Origin: Rebecca billardiae RCC1528
Lineage: Eukaryota; Protista; Haptophyta
Reading direction: 5' to 3'
DNA: 64,000 nucleotides
Assembly (NCBI GenBank): GCA_965240325.2
Contig: OZ251245.1
Coordinates: 1,116,001-1,180,000 of the forward strand
The notes beneath the pieces are model-generated. The model was not told where the DNA came from and searched no databases. It saw only the letters and a program-made list of their open reading frames with translations. This document shows, one piece after another, positions 57,031-64,000 of the stretch (the stretch's first letter is position 1; every line of letters begins with the position of its first letter). A program made the translations under genes and the position numbers.

Positions 57031-57572
57031 CGCACGCTTGATGCGTGTCCTGCGCGGTTGTCACCTAACGACCTGCCCCGGCGGTTGCAACTCTCTACAT
57101 CTCTCGACGGAGTGGCGCGCCGCCGTCCGCGTTGCTCGACTGGATCTGCGCACCGGGCCTCGCCTGCAACTGTTTTGATGCGTGCCGTGCCCTGCGCGGT
57201 TGGCACCTGGCTGCCTGCCCCTGCTGCTGCAACTCTCGACGGCGGCGCGCCGATCAGTGTTGCTCGACTGGATGTGCGCACCGGGCCTCGCCTGCAAGTG
57301 TTTACGGCCGTCCACCAGCCCTACGGTCCGAGGCTCAGTCGGCGCGCGCGCTTGATGCGTGCCGTGCCCTGCGCGGTTGGCACCTGGCTGCCTGCCCCTG
57401 CTGCTGCCGAACTCTCGACGGCGGTGCGCCGAATCAGTGTTGCTCGACTGGATTACTGCGCACCGGGCGTCGCCTGCAAGTGTTCAGTACGGCCGTCCAC
57501 CAGCCCTACATACACGGTGTCAGGCTCAGTAGACAGTAGGGGCGCGCGCTTGATGCGTGCCCTGCGCAGTTG
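57031..57572. repeat. Degenerate tandem repeat, unit about 140-200 bp, roughly 3 copies plus a partial
   Basis: TTGATGCGTG...CTGCGCGGTTG recurs near 57038, 57175, 57352 and 57550; GTTGCTCGACTGGAT...GCACCGGGC.TCGCCTGCAA recurs three times. Confidence 0.88.
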
Positions 57573-58153
57573 TCAACGCAGGCTGCACCCGCCACCCGCC
57601 CCAGCGTCCGCAGCACTCGGGACCGTGGCGGCAGCAGCTCGGCACCTTGACGATGATATGACGACCGTCAGCTGTCTCAAGTATGACGCTGCGGCTGCCA
57701 GCTAACCATCAATCTGAGCAGTTCATTTAAGACGAAGTCCTCAGGGCTGGCACGTGCGCACGGCGGCGTCGTCTGCATCAGCGAGTGCCGAGTCTGCAGC
57801 GCGCTGTCTGCACCCGGCTATCAACGTCTGAAGGTGGTCGTGATTCGTGAAGCTGCCGCCCCGCCGGCGTGCAGCGGCGGCTGCAACTCACTCTCTAGTT
57901 TCAAATGTTTTCGCTGAGTCAGCGGGCCGGCCCCCACGGAGCTTGACGTACTGGGCTGGGACGGGTGGCGACTTCCAAGCACGCGTGACTGTTGACTCTG
58001 TTAGTTGAGGGGGGAGTTCGCGTTCGGTTACTGCGGCGATCGGGCTCGTTTGAGTCGTTTCTCCTCGTCCCTGTGCTTCGGACGGTCGCCATTGTCAGTC
58101 GGGACTCACAGCGGCTCCCCACCGAATCAGCGCGGCGGCCGTGCTCGCTCGTC

Positions 58154-60341
58154 ATGCTGCCGCCCATCGCGGGCGCCGAGCCGCGGCCCAAGCCGACGGC
58201 GCCGCCGGGCGGCGGCCTTCGGCGCGCGTCGACGGGTGGCGTGGGCGCGCCCTCCCGCCCGCCGCCCGGCCGCTCGCTGCTCCGCTCGACGACGGAGCGG
58301 CTGCAGCTGCTGCCGCGCGGCGCGCCGAGCGCCGCGTCGGCCGACGCGGACGCGGCGGCGGTGCTGTTCCGCGAGGCGGAGGAGGAGGGCCACGCGTCGG
58401 TGCAGTACATGCTCGGGCGGTGCTACGCAGAGGGCCGCTTCGTCGCGCGGCGCGACCCGCGCGCCGCCGTGCTCTGGTTCGGCAAGGCGGCCGAGCAGGG
58501 GCTCGCGGCCGCCCAGTGCGAGCTCGGGCAGCTGCTGCTGCGCGGCGAGGGCGTGGACGCGCGCGACGAGGCGGGCGCGGTGCGCTGGTTCAGCGCGGCG
58601 GCCGAGCAGGGCGAGCCCGCCGGGCTCACCCTCCTCGCCGAGTGCCACCTCGCCGGCACGTCCGTGCGCAAGGACGCATGCCACGCGGTCACCCTGCTCG
58701 CGCGCGCGGCCGAGCGCGCGCACGCGCCGGCGATGCGGCTGCTCGGGCTGTGCCACCGGGACGGCGTGGGCGGGCTCGAGCCGGACGCGCGGCGCGCGCT
58801 CGAGTGGCTCGGCCAGGCCGCGGCGAAGGACGACGCGCCCGCGCAGTACGAGCTCGCGCGCATCCACGCGCGCGGCGCGGGCGTGGTCGCCGACGCCGCG
58901 CGCTCGGCTGAGTGGCTGCGGCGCGCGGCGGAGGCGGGCGAGGTGGAGGCGCAGGCGGAGCTGGGCGCGCGGCTGCTGGGCGAGGGCCCGGCCGCGTCGC
59001 GCGCCGACACGCCCGGCGGCGACGGCGGCGCCAAGGCCGACGACGCCGCGTGGCGCGCGGTGCTCCCGCCGGACCTGGCGGGCGGCGTGCACTGGACTCG
59101 GCGCGCGGCCGGCGCGGGCCACGCGCGCGCGCAGTGCGTGCTCGCGGCGTGCCTCTCGGCGGGGCGCGGCGTGGCGCGGGACGAGGCGGCGGCGGTGCAG
59201 TGGCTCCTCAAGTCCGCCGCGCAGGGCCACGCCCACGCGCACCTCGCCCTCGCCCTCGCCGCGCGCGACGGCCGCGGCATGCGCGCAGACGCGGCGATGG
59301 CGGAGCGACACCTGCGCGCCGCGGCGGCCGCCGGGCCGGGCGGCGGGGGCGAGGGCGAGGGCGGCGGCGGCGGCGGTGCGCGGCAGGGGCTGGCGGAGGC
59401 GCAGCTCGAGCTCGGCGCGATGCTCATCGCGCGCGCCGCCGCCGACGCCGCGCACGACGACGACCCGCGCGCGGCGGAGGGCGCGCGCTGGCTGCGCGCC
59501 GCGGCCGAGTGCGGGCTGGCGCGCGCGCAATGTGAGTTCGGCTCCTGCCTGCTGTATGGCGTGGGGACGGGGCCGGCCGACGCGGCGGGCGGCGTGCGCT
59601 GGCTCGCGCGCGCGGCCGCGCAGCGCCACGCGCGCGCCGAGTACCTCCTCGCCACCTGCGCCCTCGACGGCCGCGGGCGCGCGGCGGACGCGGCCGAGGC
59701 TGTCGCGCTGCTGCGGCGCGCCGCGGGCCGCGGCGACGCGGACGCGCAATGCGAGCTGGGCAGGTGCTGCGCGCAGGGCCGGGGGTGCGCGCGCGACGAG
59801 GGCGAGGCGGCGGCGTGGTGGGCCCGCGCCGCCGAGGCGGGCCACGCCGACGCGCAGCGCGAGCTGGGCAAGTGCCACCGCCTCGGCCGCGGCGTGGCGC
59901 GCGACGACGGCGCGGCCGCGCGCTGGCTCAGCCTGGCGGCGCACGCCGGCCACGCGCGCGCGCAGTGCGACCTCGGGCTCTGCTTCAAGGAGGGGGCGGG
60001 CGTGGAGGCGGACGAGGCGTGCGCGGCGCGCTGGTTCGCGCGCGCCGCCGCGCACGGCCTCGCCGCCGCGCAGTACGAGCTCGGCATCCTCACGCTCGAG
60101 GGGCGCGGCGGGCTGGCCGCGGACGCGGCGGCCGCCCGCCGTCTGTTCGAGGCCGCGGCCGCGCAGGGCGACGCGGACGCGGCGTGCTGCGCGGGCGCGT
60201 GCTACGCGAAGGGGCGCGGCGCGGAGGTGGACGAGGCGGCGGCGGCGCGGTGGTACGGCCGCGCCGCCGAGCTCGGCGACGCCAACGGCCAGTGCCTCCT
60301 CGGCCTGTGGCACTTGCACGGCGCCGCCGCCGACGGCCAGC

Positions 60342-60403
<62 letters not shown>

Positions 60404-61519
60404 CGCGGCGGCGGCGCTGCGGCCGATGGCCGTGTGGACGGCGCCGCGGACGCCGAGCACGGCGCGCGCCGGGACCCGGCCGCGGGGGCGGCCTGGCTCG
60501 AGCGCGCGGCCGCGCAGGGCCACGCGCGCGCGCAGCTGGCGCTGGCCAACGCCTACTTGGAGGGCCGCGGCGCCGTGCGGCACGTGCCCACAGGCCTGCG
60601 CTGGCTGCGCGCGGCCGCGGACGAGGGCGGCAGCGCAGAGGCGCAGTACAAGCTCTCGCAGCGCTGCGCGCGCGGCGACGGGCTGCCCAAGGACGAGGGC
60701 GCGGCCGGTGAGTATCTGCGCCGCGCCGCGGCGGGCGGGCTCGCGGATGCGCAGGCGCGGCTCGGCGCGCAGCTGCTGGCGGCCGCGGGCGGCGGCGCGG
60801 CGGAGGCGGAGGCGGCGGTGGGCTGGCTCGAGCGCGCGGCCGCGCAAGGCCACGCGCGCGCGCAGTGCGACCTGGGGCTGTGCCACAAGCTCGGCGCGGG
60901 CGTGCGCGCGCGCGACGCGGCCGCGTCGGCGCGCGCCGCCGCCGAGCTCTTTGAGGCCTCGGCGGCGCAGGGCCTCGCAGCCGCGCAGTACGAGCTCGGC
61001 CTGTGCAAGCTCGAGGGGCGCGGCGTGCCGGCCAACCCGGCAGAGGCAGTGCGGCTGTTCACGCTCGCGGCCGAGCAGGGCGACGCGGGCGCGCAGTGCT
61101 GCCTCGGGTACTGCGCGGCGGCGGGCGTCGCCGGCGCGGACGGCGGCGCGGCCGACGCCGAGGGGGCGGCGCGCTGGTACACACGCGCCGCCGAGCAGGG
61201 CGACGCACACGGCCGCTGCCTGCTCGGCCGCGCGCTGCTCGACGGGGCGGGCGTGCCGCAAGACGCGGGCGCCGGGCTCGCGCTGCTCGCCAAGGCTGCC
61301 GCGCAGGGCTTTGACGAGGCGGACGCCGCGCTCGACGAGGCAATCGGCCGGCCGGACGTCGCGCGCACGTGCTGCGTGCACTGCGGCGGCGGCCGCGGGC
61401 TGCAGCGCTGCGCGCAGTGCGGCGTCGCGCGCTTCTGCTCGCAGCGCTGCGCCGCGCTTGGCTGGGCGCGGCACGAGCGCGCGTGCAAACGCTGGGTGCG
61501 CTCGCCGCCGCCCGAGTGA
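58154..61519 (+). CDS. Sel1-like repeat protein (about 24 repeats) with C-terminal MYND zinc finger
   Basis: Repeats AQxxLGxCxxxGxGVxxDxxxAxxWxxxAAxQG; C-terminal CVHC...RCAQCGVARFCSQRC...W.RHERAC; (GA)n insert near 60343-60402. Confidence 0.93.
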
Positions 61520-63116
61520 GTGCGCGCGGCGGGCGGGCCGCGCGGTGGCCGTGATGGAGTCGCCGGATGGCGCCATTGTCGCATCTCCGCGGCCGGGGTC
61601 CGCACGGCGCATACGTAGCCGCCATCCGTCGCGCGTGAGATGCGACGAGAGGGGCCGTGGCGACACAGCAGACGAGCCATCTATTCATCGGCATCGTCTA
61701 GACCATGCATGGCGTGACGTGAGTACGGTAGCCACCGCCACACAAAAAACCATATGCCTATGGATGGTGATCGTTCCATCGTCCACGAATCACGATAGGC
61801 TGCGGCCGTCGTCGTCCGGCGGAAACTCTGGTTTCGGCCTTTCGGGAGGCAGACCCCTTATAACGGGGGTGAACCCCAATTTTATTGCTCCGGCGGCCGC
61901 AGAGGGAGGAGGAGGGAAGGAGGAGGAGAGGAGAGGAGAAGAGAGACGAAGGAAGGAAGGAGGCCAGGAGAGACGAAGGGAGCTTGATGCTGTCGCCATT
62001 GGCATGTGCCATTCGTCGCGACTCTTTTGGCGCAAGGCGCGGCGGCACTCGTTCGCGGCACCCGCCGGCGCCACACGCGGCGGCGCGCTCTCCACCGTGC
62101 GCACCGCCGTGGCGTGCGCCATCGGCTCGCGGCGCGCCTCTGCACCGGCGGCGCTGCGTTGTGCGCCGCAGCTGCTGCACCCAAGCAGGGCTGCGGTGCA
62201 GCCGGCGCACGCGTACCACCCGCGCCAAACCGGGCCGTGCACACGCTGCCCGCACACCGGCTTGAGCCGCGGCGCAGCTCGGACGTGGGCGTGGGCGTGA
62301 AGACGCCCGAGCCAGTGCGCCCGCCTGGCCGTCAACGCTCAGCCGCGCGCGCCGTCGCCACCGTGAGCGTCGGCGTCGGCGACTCGCCACCGACGCTGAG
62401 CGCCGCGGGCGTGGGCGCGGGCTCAGGCGCGCTGCCGCCCGCCGCTGTTGGCACGGCGCTCGACGTGTCGAGCGGGCGCAGGCACACCCCCTAGACGCGC
62501 GCCAACTTGCTCGAATGCATCACGACGTCCCCAATGATGCCCGCCGCGCCGCCCGCGCGCGGCTCAATCCTCTTCTGTCTGGGCGGCCTCGCGCCCACGC
62601 CACCGCGCAAGCGCGCGGTCGCGGCGTCAGCGCGGTACGCGGGCGCGCTCGTGCGCGCGAGCGGAGGCGAGCGGCGCAGGCCGGGCAGCGTGAGTGCCGC
62701 ACGCCTGTGCGTCGACAGCGCCGCGGTCGTCCTCGGGCGCGGCATCGCCTCCAGCCTCAGCCTTGGCGGGGCTGCGCGCGCCTGCTCCTCCTCTGTCAAT
62801 GCCAAGTATGGCACACGCCTTTGCCATCGTGCGCACGCGTGACGGCAGCAGCGCCCTGGCGCCATTCGCCCCCACTGGCTGCCCGCGCAAACACGGACGA
62901 CCGCAGGCCGCTTCTCTGCCCACGCCCCACACGCGGCCTCCTCGTCGGGCGCATGAGACTGCCCGTGCAACAATGCGAATATTTGTCACCAAAGGCGCGG
63001 CAGCACGGCCCCACCCATCGGCTTTCTCCTCTTCGACCTTGTCGTCCGCCGTCTGTGTTTGATGTCGGCGAGACCCGGTCCGCTCATCATCAACACGCCC
63101 GGCCACGTATCAGTGC

Positions 63117-63182
63117 GGCGCTGGCCGCCGGCAGAGCCTACGACGCGCAGGCGCTGGCCGCCGGCAGAGCCTACGACGCGCA
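63117..63182. repeat. Perfect 33-bp tandem duplication
   Basis: GGCGCTGGCCGCCGGCAGAGCCTACGACGCGCA twice. Confidence 0.9.
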
Positions 63183-63469
63183 CAGACTCGCGCTCTTGGA
63201 ACTCGACCATGTGAGCATGGCTCCGCCCATCAAGCCTTCGACTGGCCGTTCGAGCCGTGATGGCATGGTCGCGCTTGCCCGTTGCCGCCATCGGTGCGCG
63301 GCCGCCGGTGCAGCGGCAAAGTCGGGAGTAGATAACGCGTCTACTATTATTATGATTCATGGGCGGCTCAGCTTTTATTACAGATCGGGCTCGGTTTTGA
63401 TTACGAAAGATGGTTCTTTTGATCTTTTCCATATGTGGATGCACACATCAGCTACTGGCCGATATGCAA

Positions 63470-63714
63470 TTTTGGTGTTGCGACCCTACGCCAGCAAGTA
63501 CTTTAGTTATGCTTTTGGCGTTGCGACCCTGCGTCAGCGGGTATTTTGAATACGCTTTTGGCGTTGCGACCCTGCGTCAGCGGGTATTTTGAATACGTTT
63601 TGGCGTTGCGACCCTGCGTCACTTCTTGTAGCACCCAATATGCTGACCTTGCGTCAGGGGGTGTCGCCATAGGAGCCTTTTTCATAGTTTTTGATTAGAC
63701 GGGACCTTGCGTCA
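63470..63714. repeat. 42-43-bp tandem array plus two dispersed core motifs
   Basis: TTTTGG(C/T)GTTGCGACCCT(G/A)CG(T/C)CA at 63470, 63513, 63556 and 63598; GACCTTGCGTCA at 63645 and 63703. Confidence 0.9.
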
Positions 63715-63805
63715 CTCGCCCCCGGTACTTAAGGGTCTGCCTTTCGGGAGGATCGGCCCCGACTCCCGAGAACGCGAACCCGACGAAGACGTCAAAAGAC
63801 GATCG

Positions 63806-64000
63806 ATGGCGGACAGCCACCCGGCCGAGCTCTTCGTGCGATACGTGCAGCCGTGGCTCCCCGACCTGCTGCTCCGGCTGCTGGTGCGCGCGGCGTGCTA
63901 CTTCGCCTCGGCGCTCACCTTCTTCGAGCGCTGGCCGCAGCAGGAGTTCGAGCTCGTCGAGCGGCTGAAGGCGCAGAGCGCGGAGCACGCGGCCGCGCAA
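63806..64000 (+). CDS. 5' part of a gene running off the window; N-terminus weakly like CMAS/coclaurine-type methyltransferases
   Basis: ATG at 63806, open to the window end: MADSHPAELFVRYVQPWLPDLLLRLLVRAAC...; strong GC3 bias. The family guess rests only on LPDxLxR. Confidence 0.55.
   Translation, partial: MADSHPAELFVRYVQPWLPDLLLRLLVRAACYFASALTFFERWPQQEFELVERLKAQSAEHAAAQ

Noticed and set aside
61790-62973. Possible minus-strand gene fragments (RVPYLALTEEEQAR...IIGDVVMHSSKL)
   Set aside because: Interrupted by stops, low complexity, and no recognisable domain.
63470-63621. CRISPR-like appearance of the 43-bp array
   Set aside because: The intervening sequences are near-identical rather than unique spacers, there are no cas genes, and the context is eukaryotic.

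Overview
Very GC-rich eukaryotic genomic DNA with short GT-AG introns, compact head-to-head gene pairs and a 100-N scaffold gap at 41099-41198. Composition and gene style suggest a haptophyte alga, possibly Pavlovales (inference). About 19 protein-coding loci are supported. Recognisable ones are a giant coiled-coil protein, a Rubisco-LSMT-like SET protein, a stand-alone P5CS-type glutamate 5-kinase domain, a papain-family protease, a rhodanese, a DUF1990 protein, a nucleotidyltransferase-like/EamA transporter fusion, a tandem GAF-like protein, a TIS11-type CCCH protein, a membrane hybrid histidine kinase and a Sel1-repeat/MYND protein. Between the genes lie non-autonomous DNA transposons (a Tc1/mariner-type MITE with TA duplication and a hAT MITE with 8-bp duplication), long inverted repeats, tandem arrays and a frameshifted BAH-domain pseudogene. 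The best novelty candidates are three apparent sensor-like or catalytically degenerate modules: the NTase-like/EamA fusion, the glutamate kinase lacking its GGMxxK lysine, and the output-less double-GAF protein. All family calls come from motif reading by eye; no database search was run.
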